Positions 20,395-31,128 are shown, counted from the stretch's first letter. The stretch: 64,000 nucleotides of DNA from Desulfobacterales bacterium (GCA_040769985.1 JAXGJZ010000010.1:6472-70471); one strand, 5' to 3'. Made by a program: numbers and translations. Notes: generated from the sequence alone by a model not told the origin.

Positions 20395-21361
20395 CTAAGT
20401 CCAAATTGCGATCAACACAGCGGGACTCATGACCTCAAGTCGCCGCTTGCAAAAGTCGACATCAATGACGCCATCGGTATTATCGTAATTTATCGATAAA
20501 GCAACCTCAAATACAACCACCCGAATTTGGCGGAAGCAAAAACATATTATAACGGAGGTCGTAACCTCTGAAAACCTCCTTGAATTCAATGGCGCCCGGG
20601 TTTGCCCCATCCCGATGTATCGGATGAAAGGACCAAGCACCTGTTGAGACGATCGACTGGGATAGAGGTTGAGTAGGCGGCTGATTCCACCACTCTAAGA
20701 GATGTAAACGAGAAGAAATGGTCAAACGGCTCTTTCTTGTAAAAGGGTAAATTTCCTCCATTCGATCCTGCCATGCAAAATCCATTGAGGACAATATAGG
20801 CATCGACATTAACAACGGCGGTCCCTATCGCGGACTTTCCCATAGGAAATAGAAGCTCAACTCTTCGTTTCCTGATGACTTTGCTGAATGGAGCTTTGTA
20901 CGGCCCAGCTGTTCAGCAGTTCCACATGGGAGGAGTCGAAAAACAAATCACTTGCTGATGACTTTCGGCCAGATTAAAAAGGGTGTTTCCAGTAATACAT
21001 AGGATGGAGGAGAAGAGGCATGCAGAGAATCAATAGACTTGCGCCAACTCTGAACACCGTAACGGATGTTGTCCTTTACCGAAGAAGAATGCTTGATGGC
21101 GGCAGCCTTTTGCTCTTCAAAAAAATGCGATGTCTACTTGAATCTGTTGGTTAATCTTATCCGGACTACCGTCAATCTCAACGCCCAGCTTGCTCAAAGA
21201 TGATGCGAGAATCTTTCGATAGTGCGCCGATGAGACTTTATTTGCGTACGTTGGGCAAGGTCCGCTTGGGCTGAAGAGTCGCGAGGTGTGTCCTGGCGGC
21301 AGCCAAATCCCCTGGCAGCGGTTAAGGCAATTTTTATCTGAGATTCATTGATTTTTTGCAT
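20395..21361 (-). pseudogene. Degraded hypothetical gene (about 320 codons)
   Basis: AGGAGG RBS and ATG at 21361; segments YVLLETPFLIWP, ELSFYFLWES, AVVNVDAYIVLNGFC, VVFEVALSINYD in changing frames. Confidence 0.5.
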
Positions 21362-22093
21362 AGGGCCTCCTGTTACGATTCGTATGTTTTAAGAATGCCT
21401 CTTCTTCAAAGCACTCCCGATAATGAGGTCGGCGTGTAAAATTATTTGCCGGAGTAGATCGAGCACTTCCTTTTCTATTTTCAGGAAATATATGGGTATA
21501 TTGATCCAAAAAACCACGGATTGAAATACTCCAAATCCTGTATTTTACGTTCCAGAAACCGGTATTCGAATGAGACGGGAGACTTCAGACAACCCAGGAT
21601 CGGGACGCAACAAAGCCGTAATCGTGCGGATAAGTTGCGTTCTATCGAAGAAATGGGATCGTTGCTCTTTCGTTTATGTGGTTCGCTTTTCTGAACTCGT
21701 GAATCAAGCCGTTAAGGCTATTCTTGCAGAGGATGCCGAGGATATCGCAGCATTTGGAGAAAGGGCCGGTGAGCCGCTAATCAGTTTTCCGAGATGATCA
21801 AAGGGCTGAAAAAAGATGGCCGAATGTAAATCCTTTTCAATCGGTCTGGATAGAGATTAAAATATCCAAAAAACAATCTGAAAAATTCTTTCACGAGTTG
21901 AATAACTGCAGAAACGAGCCTCAGTCAAATGGGTGTGAAAATTCGCTGGTCTCGGCTTTGGTTGAAGCCTTTCATGAGCAGGTTCATGAAATTTTCCGGG
22001 CAAGGCGATTATAGTTTTGATTCTCTCACGGGGGTTGCTGACGCCGCCTACCAGTCCGCTATCTTCCGCACTTTTGCATAACACATCTGCAGA

Positions 22094-22274
22094 AGCCAAA
22101 TATTGGGCTTGATCGGGGATGCTGATCCGCACATCCGGTGCTTCATTTATTATTCCTCGGAAATGAGCGAAAAAAATGATTCGGTGAAATCAGAATCCTC
22201 TTGCCGACCATATTCATGCACAATATAATGTAACAATCTGCGATCTGTCTTGGCATTCAAAATGAGCCGCCATT
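22094..22274 (+). repeat. Direct repeat, copy 2
   Basis: Near-identical to 18632-18810 and fused directly to MITE-internal sequence. Confidence 0.9.
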
Positions 22275-22382
22275 CAGCGTTGCACGGCTCTCTCCAATGC
22301 TCACATATGCTTGAATATGCTGCGCTTGTCGCTTCGCCGCGTGCCTTGCCTGACGGCCTGATTCTTGTTTTTCAACACCCTG
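22266..22382 (-). mobile_element. MITE family A, remainder with the other terminal repeat
   Basis: GCCGCCATTCAGCGTTGC...GATTCTTGTTTTTCAACACCCTG|TTAG; reverse complement of the 50269/62567 element. Confidence 0.88.
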
Positions 22383-22547
22383 TTAGTGCTTCAGAAACAA
22401 CTTCCTATTCCTTTGCCGGTTCCGATCACCGGCCGATGCCGGAGAGCGACTGAAGCAATCCCCGCATAAGACCGCCGCAACCGGCGGATCATGAATTTGG
22501 AAGCGTATGCTCCCGGAACCGATGGCACAGCGGAGGTAAAACGACCA

Positions 22548-23033
22548 ATGAATTCTTACGAAACCTTGCCTGACCAATTAAGCACGTATGTAAATAAATG
22601 GAAGCCTAAAAAGGGCAGTCTGGTTATGATTTTGCACGCCGTGCAGGATTATTACGGTTTTGTACCCAAGGAAATATGCTTCGTCCTTGCAAAGGAGCTG
22701 AAGGTTCCTCTTGCGAGAATTTATGAGGTTTTGACTTTCTATCATTATTTTCGGCTGGAATTGCCCGCAAAATACCGGATTGCTGTTTGCATGGGTACGG
22801 CATGTTATTTAAAAGGCGCGCCTGATAACCTGGATGCGATTAAAGAAAATCTGAATATTCCCGAAGGCAGGGCAACCGAAGACGGACTGTTCACGCTGGA
22901 AATCGTAAGATGTTACGGTTGCTGCGGGCTCGCACCGGTTATGAGCATAAACGGGAAAATATATGGAAAACTTGATAAGAAAAAATCCCTCGGGATTTTA
23001 GACGAGTACCGGCAGAAGGAAACGGATTCGTAA
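22548..23033 (+). CDS. hydC: [FeFe]-hydrogenase gamma subunit (NuoE-like 2Fe-2S)
   Basis: GGAGG RBS; VLTFYHYF, VCMGTACYLKG, CYGCCGLAP. Confidence 0.9.
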   Translation: MNSYETLPDQLSTYVNKWKPKKGSLVMILHAVQDYYGFVPKEICFVLAKELKVPLARIYEVLTFYHYFRLELPAKYRIAVCMGTACYLKGAPDNLDAIKENLNIPEGRATEDGLFTLEIVRCYGCCGLAPVMSINGKIYGKLDKKKSLGILDEYRQKETDS

Positions 23034-23177
23034 TGGTAAAGTGAAGAGGGATACCGTGGAGCTTGCCGTATCCTCGGTCGTTTGCCTTTGAATACGACCG
23101 ATGCAATTCAGTTGATTGTTGTCCGTTGTCATTGGTCCGTTGCGACGCGGGAAACTCCAGTGGGAAAGGAAACCTTT

Positions 23178-24815
23178 ATGCCAAAGCTGACAAAAGAATT
23201 ACTGGATACCTATAAAACGCCTGCTTCTCCAGAAACCGGCTACATAAAAGTCGGGATGAATACATGCGGGATTTCAGCGGGTGCGCAAAAAATTTACGAC
23301 GCTTTCGTTCATAAGGTGAAGGAAAAAAATATCCCGATTGAAATAAAAAAATGCGGATGCCTGGGAATGTGTCATGCGGAACCGCTTATTGAAGTTAAAA
23401 TCGGGGGGAAACCGTCGGTTCTCTATGGCCGCCTCGACAGGGAAAAAGCCCTGTCTCTTCTTGAAAACAAAAGTTTGCCTGAGTTTTTAGTAGAGGAAAG
23501 CCCGGGGCAGAAAAAGATCGTTCTCAGAAACTGCGGGGTCATCGATCCCGAAAGAATTGAAGATTATTTAGAAAAGCAGGGGTATCAGGCGATAAAAAAA
23601 TCGATCTTTGAGTTAGGCCCGGAAAAAACCATCGAGGAAATTAAAAAGAGCGGACTGAGGGGACGGGGCGGAGCCGGTTTTCCAACGTGGCGGAAGTGGA
23701 AAAACACAAGAGAAAGCGAATCCTCGGATGATAATCATCATGGCAGGTTCATCATCTGCAATGGCGATGAAGGCGATCCCGGCGCTTATATGGATCGAAG
23801 CGTCCTTGAAGGCGATCCTCATTCCGTAATTGAAGGGATGATGATTGCCGGATACGCGATCGGCAGTTCAACCGGATATTTTTATATCCGCGCGGAGTAC
23901 CCCCTTGCGGTTGAAAGGATTCGCAAAGCGATCGCGCAGTGTTATCGATACGGGTTGCTGGGGAAAAATATTCTTCAATCCGATTTTAACTTTGATCTGG
24001 AAACGAGACTGGGGGCGGGAGCGTTTGTGTGCGGGGAAGAAACGGCGCTTATTGCTTCGATTGAAGGCAGAAGAGGTTATCCGAGACCGCGTCCGCCGTA
24101 TCCCTCGGTCAAGGGATTGTGGGGCAAACCCACCGCCATCAACAATGTTGAGACCCTTGCCAACGTTCCGTATATCATTTTAAACGGAGGCGAAAACTAT
24201 TCAAGGATCGGCACGGGTCAATCAAGAGGCACAAAGGTGTTTGCTTTAACCGGAAAAATTATGAATTCCGGGCTTGCCGAAGTTCCCATGGGAATGACGC
24301 TCAGGGAAATTATCTATAAGATCGGCGGCGGAATCGCGAACAATAAAGAATTCAAAGCGGTCCAGACCGGGGGCCCTTCCGGCGGCATTATTTCAAAGGA
24401 TTATCTCGACACTCCGATAAGCTATGAAAGCTTACAGGAATTAGGTTCCATCATGGGCTCGGGGGGGATGATCGTTATGGACGAGGATGACTGCGCGGTG
24501 GATGTCGCAAAGTTCTTTATGAAATTTTGTTTTGACGAGTCCTGCGGAAAATGCGCGCCTTGCCGGATCGGCACCGCTCAGGCCTTGAAAATCCTGGAAA
24601 AAATCACCAGCGGAATCGGTAGTCACGAAGACTTGGATAATTTGAAAAGGATTTGTCACGCAATGCAAAAAGCCTCTCTCTGCGGGCTGGGGCAAACCGC
24701 GCCGAATCCCTTGCTTTCCAGCCTGAGGTATTTCGAAGACGAATACCTGGAACATATCGAAGACAAAATATGCAGGGCGGGCAGATGCAGGGAATTGATG
24801 AAACGTCCGGAATAA
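23178..24815 (+). CDS. hydB: [FeFe]-hydrogenase beta subunit (NuoF-like FMN/NADH), lacking the C-terminal 2x[4Fe-4S] domain
   Basis: SGLRGRGGAGFPT, CNGDEGDPGAYMDR, GAGAFVCGEETAL, ESCGKCAPCRIG, SLCGLG; ends CRAGRCRELMKRPE. Confidence 0.92.
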   Translation: MPKLTKELLDTYKTPASPETGYIKVGMNTCGISAGAQKIYDAFVHKVKEKNIPIEIKKCGCLGMCHAEPLIEVKIGGKPSVLYGRLDREKALSLLENKSLPEFLVEESPGQKKIVLRNCGVIDPERIEDYLEKQGYQAIKKSIFELGPEKTIEEIKKSGLRGRGGAGFPTWRKWKNTRESESSDDNHHGRFIICNGDEGDPGAYMDRSVLEGDPHSVIEGMMIAGYAIGSSTGYFYIRAEYPLAVERIRKAIAQCYRYGLLGKNILQSDFNFDLETRLGAGAFVCGEETALIASIEGRRGYPRPRPPYPSVKGLWGKPTAINNVETLANVPYIILNGGENYSRIGTGQSRGTKVFALTGKIMNSGLAEVPMGMTLREIIYKIGGGIANNKEFKAVQTGGPSGGIISKDYLDTPISYESLQELGSIMGSGGMIVMDEDDCAVDVAKFFMKFCFDESCGKCAPCRIGTAQALKILEKITSGIGSHEDLDNLKRICHAMQKASLCGLGQTAPNPLLSSLRYFEDEYLEHIEDKICRAGRCRELMKRPE

Positions 24816-24847
24816 ACCGGCCCATTGCAACACAAGGAGCTATACCA

Positions 24848-26626
24848 ATGATTCATGCAAGAATAAACGGGATCCGTGTTGAAGTGGAAGAAGGAACAAC
24901 CGTTCTTGATGCGGCGAAAAAAGCAAATGTAAAAATTCCAACCTTATGCAAGCATCCGGATCTTCCTCCCACCGCCGCTTGCGGAATTTGTATGGTACAG
25001 CTGAAGGGAACCGACAAAATGATACGTTCCTGCTGCACCGAAATTACAGAAGGAATGGATATCATAACTCTTACCCCGGAAATTGTCGAAGTAAGAAAAA
25101 CGGTTCTGGAACTGATTCTGTCCAATCACCCCAATGCCTGCCTGACCTGCGCAAGAAACCAGAACTGCGAACTTCAGTCTCTTGCGGCCGAATTCGGAAT
25201 CAAGGAGGAATCGTTCGGGAAGATATTAAAAAATCTTGAAATCGATGATTCCATAAAAACAATTGTTTTGGAACCGCAAAAATGCATCAAATGCGGAAGA
25301 TGCATTCAGGCCTGTCAGGAAATGCAGAACGTATGGGCTTTATCTTTCGCGGGCAGGGGGCTGGATACCCGGATTGCGCCCGCAGCGGATTTTACACTCG
25401 TCGAATCTCCCTGCGTAAGCTGCGGTCAATGCGCGGCTTACTGCCCGGTCGGTGCGATTTATGTATATGATGACACCGCCAAAGTCTGGGGAGCGTTGAA
25501 TGATCCTTCCAAACACTGCGTTGTTCAAATCGCCCCGGCCGTGCGGGTGGCGATCGGCGAATCTTTCGGCATGGAAAGCGGTGAACTCAAGACCGGAAAA
25601 TTATATACCCTGTTACGAAGAATGGGCTTTCAAGCGGTTTTCGATACCAATTTCGGGGCGGATGTGACGATCGTTGAAGAGGCAACCGAGTTTGTTAAAC
25701 GATTGACAAAGGGGGGAGGGGTATTGCCCTTAATATCGAGCTGTTGTCCTGCATGGGTTGATTTTATGGAAAAATTCCATCCGGATATGATACCCAATTT
25801 TTCCACCTGCAAATCTCCTCATGAGATACTGGCGGCCCTTGCGAAAACATATTACGCCTTACAATTAAATATTCCTCCCTCAAGCATCTTTATGGTTTCG
25901 ATCATGCCCTGCATCGCAAAGAAATTTGAGATTCACAGGAGCCGGGAAATGTTTGTTTCGGGCTATCAGGATGTGAATGTGTCAATCACCACAAGGGAAC
26001 TGGTACGGATGATTAAACAAACGGGAATCGATTTTTCTTCGCTTCCCGACAGTGAACCGGACCATATGCTGGCAGATTACTCCGGCGGCGGAACCATATT
26101 CGGCGTTACCGGCGGTGTGATGGAAGCCGCGTTGAGGTCCATCAGTAGTTTTTTGACCGGAAAACCGCTTGGAAATATCGGATTGAATGATGTCCGGGGA
26201 TTAAAAGGAGTTAAAGAGGCCCGAATTAAAGTGGGTGATTACACCTTAAACGTTGCCGTAGCCCATGGCCTCGGTAATGTGGAATATGTAATCAATAAAA
26301 TAAGAAACGCAAGGGAGAAGGGGGAAGAACCCCCTTACCATTTCATTGAAGTCATGGCCTGCCCGGGCGGATGTATCGGCGGAGGGGGACAGCCGAGAAA
26401 CATTAATGATGAAGTCAGGCGGCTTCGAATAAACGGGCTTTATACGGATGACAGCCATTGTAAATACAGAGACTGCCATGACAACCCCCAGGTGAAACGA
26501 TTATACGCGGAATTTCTGGGTGAATATGGCAGTAAAAAAAGTTATGATATTCTGCATACTTATTACAGGCACAGAAAAGAGTATAAAAGCTACCGGGAAA
26601 CCGAATTTTTAGGCGAGAGCGAATGA
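24848..26626 (+). CDS. hydA: [FeFe]-hydrogenase catalytic subunit (group A, multimeric)
   Basis: AAGGAG RBS; 2Fe-2S, His-ligated HPNACLTC, two CxxCxxC; H-cluster motifs SSCCPAW, MPCIAKKFE, EVMACPGGCIGGGGQP. Confidence 0.95.
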   Translation: MIHARINGIRVEVEEGTTVLDAAKKANVKIPTLCKHPDLPPTAACGICMVQLKGTDKMIRSCCTEITEGMDIITLTPEIVEVRKTVLELILSNHPNACLTCARNQNCELQSLAAEFGIKEESFGKILKNLEIDDSIKTIVLEPQKCIKCGRCIQACQEMQNVWALSFAGRGLDTRIAPAADFTLVESPCVSCGQCAAYCPVGAIYVYDDTAKVWGALNDPSKHCVVQIAPAVRVAIGESFGMESGELKTGKLYTLLRRMGFQAVFDTNFGADVTIVEEATEFVKRLTKGGGVLPLISSCCPAWVDFMEKFHPDMIPNFSTCKSPHEILAALAKTYYALQLNIPPSSIFMVSIMPCIAKKFEIHRSREMFVSGYQDVNVSITTRELVRMIKQTGIDFSSLPDSEPDHMLADYSGGGTIFGVTGGVMEAALRSISSFLTGKPLGNIGLNDVRGLKGVKEARIKVGDYTLNVAVAHGLGNVEYVINKIRNAREKGEEPPYHFIEVMACPGGCIGGGGQPRNINDEVRRLRINGLYTDDSHCKYRDCHDNPQVKRLYAEFLGEYGSKKSYDILHTYYRHRKEYKSYRETEFLGESE

Positions 26627-26750
26627 AAAACGGGCCTTTTCCCGAAGGAACGTCACTTCCGATATTTCCCCGTCGTATTTCCTGCCATCAAAAGATTGCC
26701 AGTTTGAAAGGCGTTGCAAACTTTTCAACCCCCATCAAAGGAGGGGAAGG

Positions 26751-27260
26751 TCAAACTTTTAAATTGAAGAAAGCTCTGGCCGTCTGCTTACGGATAAAAC
26801 TTTCTCCGGGTCCGACAGGTAATGAGTCAAAGGTATGCTCATAAAGTCCCGATGAGCCGGAAAGGGGCATACCCTTCACGAGATCGGGAGCATTAAGAGC
26901 CGGTCTTAAGGCGATATGTCCGCCCGGTGAGTTTCCGCACACGACTACCGGTCCGAACTCCCGCTTGCGAATGAAAAATTCTACGAACAAACCCAGAGCC
27001 TCGATTTTTACCTCTCTTTTATGAGCTGTCCGAATGGGCAAATGCAAGGCCACGCAATGACAGGATTTTGCGATTAATGGCATTATGTTGTCCCAGTTGG
27101 ACAGTGCTCCAAAAAGACCGTGCAAAATAAAGAACAGTGGGTCCCTGGCCTCCCTGTTAAACAAAATCAAACCTGGGAATCTCTTTTGGCCCGAGCCAAT
27201 GAGGAACCGGACGATCTGTTTTTTTCCAGGACTGCAGAATCTGTTCAAATACGAAATCAC
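26751..27260 (-). pseudogene. Alpha/beta hydrolase fragment
   Basis: LHGLFGALSNW, GNSPGGH, SGSSGLYE; C-terminal half absent. Confidence 0.65.
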
Positions 27261-27847
27261 TCATTGCATTGATGCTGAATTATTTGATTTATCGCCGTTT
27301 ACCGGCTGTTCCATCGATGGAACCGCATGATTGGATTTATTGGTGCTTAATAATATTTTTCAAAATTCAGTTCAAGTCAATCAGCTTCTTTCCGTTTCAA
27401 ACGATCGCAACTTTCCTGCAAAGGCGGGAAGCCGGACAGCAAAATCAAATGTATAAACGGGAATTGTGTCTTATGAAAGAATAATACGACAGAAAATTCT
27501 GGAATTGAAGCTTTGCGCTTGACCGCAGCTTGTTTTTTGGAGAAGATTCACGAGCCATATTCACGCAAACGGGGGCATCGACGAAGTTCTTATGACGAGC
27601 CAGGAGCCTGAGAGGTTTTTAACAGCGCGAGGAGGGAAATTGCCGGGATGAATTTTCAGATGGCAAACGATTCAAACGAACGGGTACCGTTGTGACAAAA
27701 AACGAAAACCGCCTGCGGATATTGCGCTTCTGAATTTCCGTGATGACGGAATCCATGATCCGTGCCATGAATCCGCGAAAGAAGTCGGGGTAATGGACAT
27801 GCCCGGATTGAGGTGGCGAAAATGCGCTATCATGAAGGTGTTTTAAT

Positions 27848-29059
27848 ATGAAAAAGACGGAAAGCAATCAGAAAGCCGGGTTGTTGAAAGCTCAAATGGA
27901 TGCGGAACGAATCGAATGTCTGGAGACGGTTGCTGCGAAATTACGTGAACGGGTGAAAGAGCTTACCTGTCTTTATGGCATCTCGCAGGTGGTTTCGGAC
28001 CCGGATCGATCGTTTGAGCAGAAGCTTATGCAGGTTCTCATGCTGCTTCCCCCGGCCTGGCAATTCCCCGCAAGCACCTGCGCAAGGATTGTTATTGATG
28101 GAGATACTTTTCAAAGCCCCAATTTTCAGGAGGGAAAGCACAAACAGTATGCCGAAATATCCGCCATGGACAAAAACAGGGGAATGGTAGAAATTCACTC
28201 TGCGGAAGAGGGCTTTTCCTCCCAGAAAAATCCTTTTCTTGAAGAGGAACAGAGCCTGCTGAATAACATTGCAGGCCAGGTCGCATTGATGATCGAACGC
28301 AGGGAGAGTGAGGAGACAAAATCCGAACTTCAGGAACATCTTGTTCGAGCCGCTCGTCTGTCTGAAATCGGTCGGCTTGCCGCTGGAGTGGCGCATGAAC
28401 TCAATGAACCCCTGAATACGATTCTTGGATTTGCTCAATTGGTCCAGAAAACTCAGGGATTGCCGGATACGGCCAAAGAAGACTTGAAAAAAATTACGGA
28501 TGCATCTCTTCAAGCGCGTTCGATTATACGGGAACTTTTAATTTTCGCCCGCCAGTCTCCTCACTGCGTCACGGCGATAAACCTGAACCGGATCGTGGAA
28601 GACGAACTGGGGCTGCTGGAATCGATGGGCCTTAAGTCTGCCGTAGAGGTAAGGCGCATCCTCGATCCGAATGTTCCGGAGATTGTTGCAGACAAATCTC
28701 AGATCCTTCAGATTCTTTCCAATCTGGTGGTCAATGCTATCCAGGCCATGCCCGACGGCGGTATACTTACCATTCGGACGTCATTCGATTCGTCGGACGT
28801 CTCACTGGCGGTTGAGGATACGGGAATCGGTATGGACGAAGATGTGAAGGACAATCTATTCGTTCCATTTTATACCACGAAGGACGTGGACCAGGGAACC
28901 GGTTTGGGGCTTGCGGTGGTACATGGCATTGTAACATCACATGGCGGCAGGATTGCTGTTGAAAGTGAGTCGGGGCAAGGGTCTCGTTTTATCATAACCT
29001 TGCCGAGGAAACCGGGTACCATACGGGAGGCGAGCAAAGGAAATGACGGCACGGGATAA
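27848..29059 (+). CDS. NtrB-type sensor histidine kinase with N-terminal GAF-like domain
   Basis: AGVAHELNEPL (H box), NLVVNA, DTGIGM, PFYTTK, GTGLGL. Confidence 0.93.
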   Translation: MKKTESNQKAGLLKAQMDAERIECLETVAAKLRERVKELTCLYGISQVVSDPDRSFEQKLMQVLMLLPPAWQFPASTCARIVIDGDTFQSPNFQEGKHKQYAEISAMDKNRGMVEIHSAEEGFSSQKNPFLEEEQSLLNNIAGQVALMIERRESEETKSELQEHLVRAARLSEIGRLAAGVAHELNEPLNTILGFAQLVQKTQGLPDTAKEDLKKITDASLQARSIIRELLIFARQSPHCVTAINLNRIVEDELGLLESMGLKSAVEVRRILDPNVPEIVADKSQILQILSNLVVNAIQAMPDGGILTIRTSFDSSDVSLAVEDTGIGMDEDVKDNLFVPFYTTKDVDQGTGLGLAVVHGIVTSHGGRIAVESESGQGSRFIITLPRKPGTIREASKGNDGTG

Positions 29060-30398
29060 AAGCATACTAGTGGTGGATGATACGCAAACCGCTATTGAGG
29101 TGATTGAGAGAAATCTGATCTCGGTCGGGTATCGGGTCTACACGGCTACAAACGTGGCCGATGCTATTCATCTGCTCGAAAACGTTCCAATCGATATCGT
29201 AATTACCGACTATAAAATGCCGAAATTGAGCGGACTCGATCTGATACGCCATGTCCGGGAAAATTACTATGGTACCGAGGTGATCATGATCACCGGCTAT
29301 GCATCCGTAAAAGGCGCCGTGGAAGCAGTAAAAATGGGAGCAGAGGAATACCTTCCGAAACCTTTCACGGATGAGGAACTCTTTGCCGCCGTCGAACAGG
29401 CTCTGGCAAAACAGGAACTTCACAAGGCCGTGCTTGACGGAAAGCCTCATGTCAGCCCGAATTCTTATGGCATTCTTGGAAAATCAAAATCGATTCGAAG
29501 GGTTCTGAGAGACATCGAGAAAGCATCCGAATCGACCGCTACCGTTCTTGTTTTGGGGGAAAGCGGAACCGGCAAGGAACTGGTGGCGAGGGCGATCCAT
29601 TACAGCAGCGGTCAGGCCTCCGCACCTTTCGTTCCGGTAAACTGCGGGGCGATACCGGAGAGGTTACTGGAAAGCGAGCTGTTTGGGTATGTAAAAGGGG
29701 CTTTTACCGGCGCAAACGAGTCCCGTGCAGGTTTCTTCCAAACCGCTGACGGGGGCACGATCTTTTTGGACGAGATCAATGAAATGAACCCCGCCATGCA
29801 GGTTAAACTTCTACGGGTTCTCCAGGACAAGCAGGTATTCATGATCGGGGCCAGGAAAGCCCATAAGATCGACGTAAGGATCGTGGCTTCGAGCAACAAG
29901 GACCTGCGAAGCCTTGTGGAAAAGGGTGTATTCCGTGAAGATTTGTTTTTCCGGTTAAATGTTATAACGATTAAGGTTCCTCCTTTACGAGAGCGCAGGG
30001 AGGACATCGCCCTTTTGCTCTCTCATTTTGCCGCCAAATTCGCCGATGAGCTCGGAAAACCCGTTCTCGTTTTTTCCGACGAAACCTTACAGGTACTTAT
30101 GAATTATTCATGGCCTGGCAATATTCGGGAATTGGAGAACCTTGTTCAGCGGATGGTGATCATGTCGGAAAACCATGTAATCAAGGTTCCCGACTTGCCC
30201 GCGATCATGCGATTTTCGGCCGTATCCTCTTCCGCGCCCTTCCGGTCTCTGGTTGAAGAGGAATCCGCCTATATTCGCATGGTTCTTGCAAGTGTGGGAG
30301 GTAACAAATCCCTTGCCGCAAAAATACTTCGCATTGATCGGAAGACCTTAAGAGAAAAATTGAAAATCGATCGTAATTCTTCCGATCGAACCGCATAA
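29043..30398 (+). CDS. NtrC-type sigma54 response regulator
   Basis: REC domain; GESGTGKE, ESELFG, GAFTGA, FLDEI, WPGNIREL; C-terminal HTH. Confidence 0.95.
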   Translation: MTARDKSILVVDDTQTAIEVIERNLISVGYRVYTATNVADAIHLLENVPIDIVITDYKMPKLSGLDLIRHVRENYYGTEVIMITGYASVKGAVEAVKMGAEEYLPKPFTDEELFAAVEQALAKQELHKAVLDGKPHVSPNSYGILGKSKSIRRVLRDIEKASESTATVLVLGESGTGKELVARAIHYSSGQASAPFVPVNCGAIPERLLESELFGYVKGAFTGANESRAGFFQTADGGTIFLDEINEMNPAMQVKLLRVLQDKQVFMIGARKAHKIDVRIVASSNKDLRSLVEKGVFREDLFFRLNVITIKVPPLRERREDIALLLSHFAAKFADELGKPVLVFSDETLQVLMNYSWPGNIRELENLVQRMVIMSENHVIKVPDLPAIMRFSAVSSSAPFRSLVEEESAYIRMVLASVGGNKSLAAKILRIDRKTLREKLKIDRNSSDRTA

Positions 30399-30599
30399 AA
30401 ACTCTTCGGCCGGTGATGCAATTTTTCCCGACTGGTGAGATCCTCCCCACCGAATTATTTTCCTATATCCCTTCCGTTACAAATCGGATGCCCTCGGATT
30501 TCCATCGCGCAAAAATATTTTGCATAAATTACAATGTATTATAAAAAAAGTATCCCAATCGTTGGATCAACACCCTACCGGTATACTTCCATGATCCAA

Positions 30600-30615
30600 T
30601 GGCACATATCTTGCG
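30600..30615 (+). promoter_or_regulatory. Sigma54 promoter of the 30829-36336 operon
   Basis: TGGCAC-ATATC-TTGCG, consensus spacing, just downstream of an NtrC-type gene. Confidence 0.8.
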
Positions 30616-30828
30616 GAAAGAAATTTTCCAATTTCTGAAGGCTACCCCGTTGCTTACCTGAAGAAATGACCTTTCCGGTCTGATCGTTCGTTCTTAACCC
30701 CGAAGCGGGGAAGAGGGGTGTTATAGCCCTTGGAACTTGCCAATCGTTGATTTTTCCAAACGGCCGGCCGGAAAAATCTTCGTGGCTTTATTGTTTGCAA
30801 GGAGCCTTGCAAGATAAAAGGAGACGAT

Positions 30829-31128
30829 ATGACTCAAGATGCATCGAATAAAGGAATTTGTTCGAACTGTAATTTTGCTTCAACGTGCCGACATTCTTTG
30901 AGTGGTGTGCAGTTTTGTGAGGAATATGAAATCGCCGATTCAATAAAAAGATTCGAGGGAAGGCGACTCGACACAAATAAGGCGGGGTTGTTGAAAATAA
31001 ATCCGCAAACCACTGCAAGTCAATTTCCGGATTGTGTCATGGGGCTTTGCATCAACTGCCTCCACCGAGAGACTTGCGGGTTGCCCAGACCGGAATCCGG
31101 TGTCTGGCACTGCGAAGAGTACGAATGA
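30829..31128 (+). CDS. Small Cys-rich protein with an internal duplication
   Basis: AAGGAG RBS; GICSNCNFASTC..QFCEEYE and GLCINCLHRETC..WHCEEYE. Confidence 0.8.
   Translation: MTQDASNKGICSNCNFASTCRHSLSGVQFCEEYEIADSIKRFEGRRLDTNKAGLLKINPQTTASQFPDCVMGLCINCLHRETCGLPRPESGVWHCEEYE

Noticed and set aside
22250-22453. Small ORFs sharing LPDGLILVFQHPV or NAEWRPQAQFFNTLL (also at 18925, 50069, 62481)
   Set aside because: Translations of MITE sequence, not a protein family
24653-24847. Extended starts of hydA (and of hydB at 23082 and NuoF-like at 32026)
   Set aside because: They overlap upstream genes or lack an RBS; downstream ATGs fit the expected N-termini
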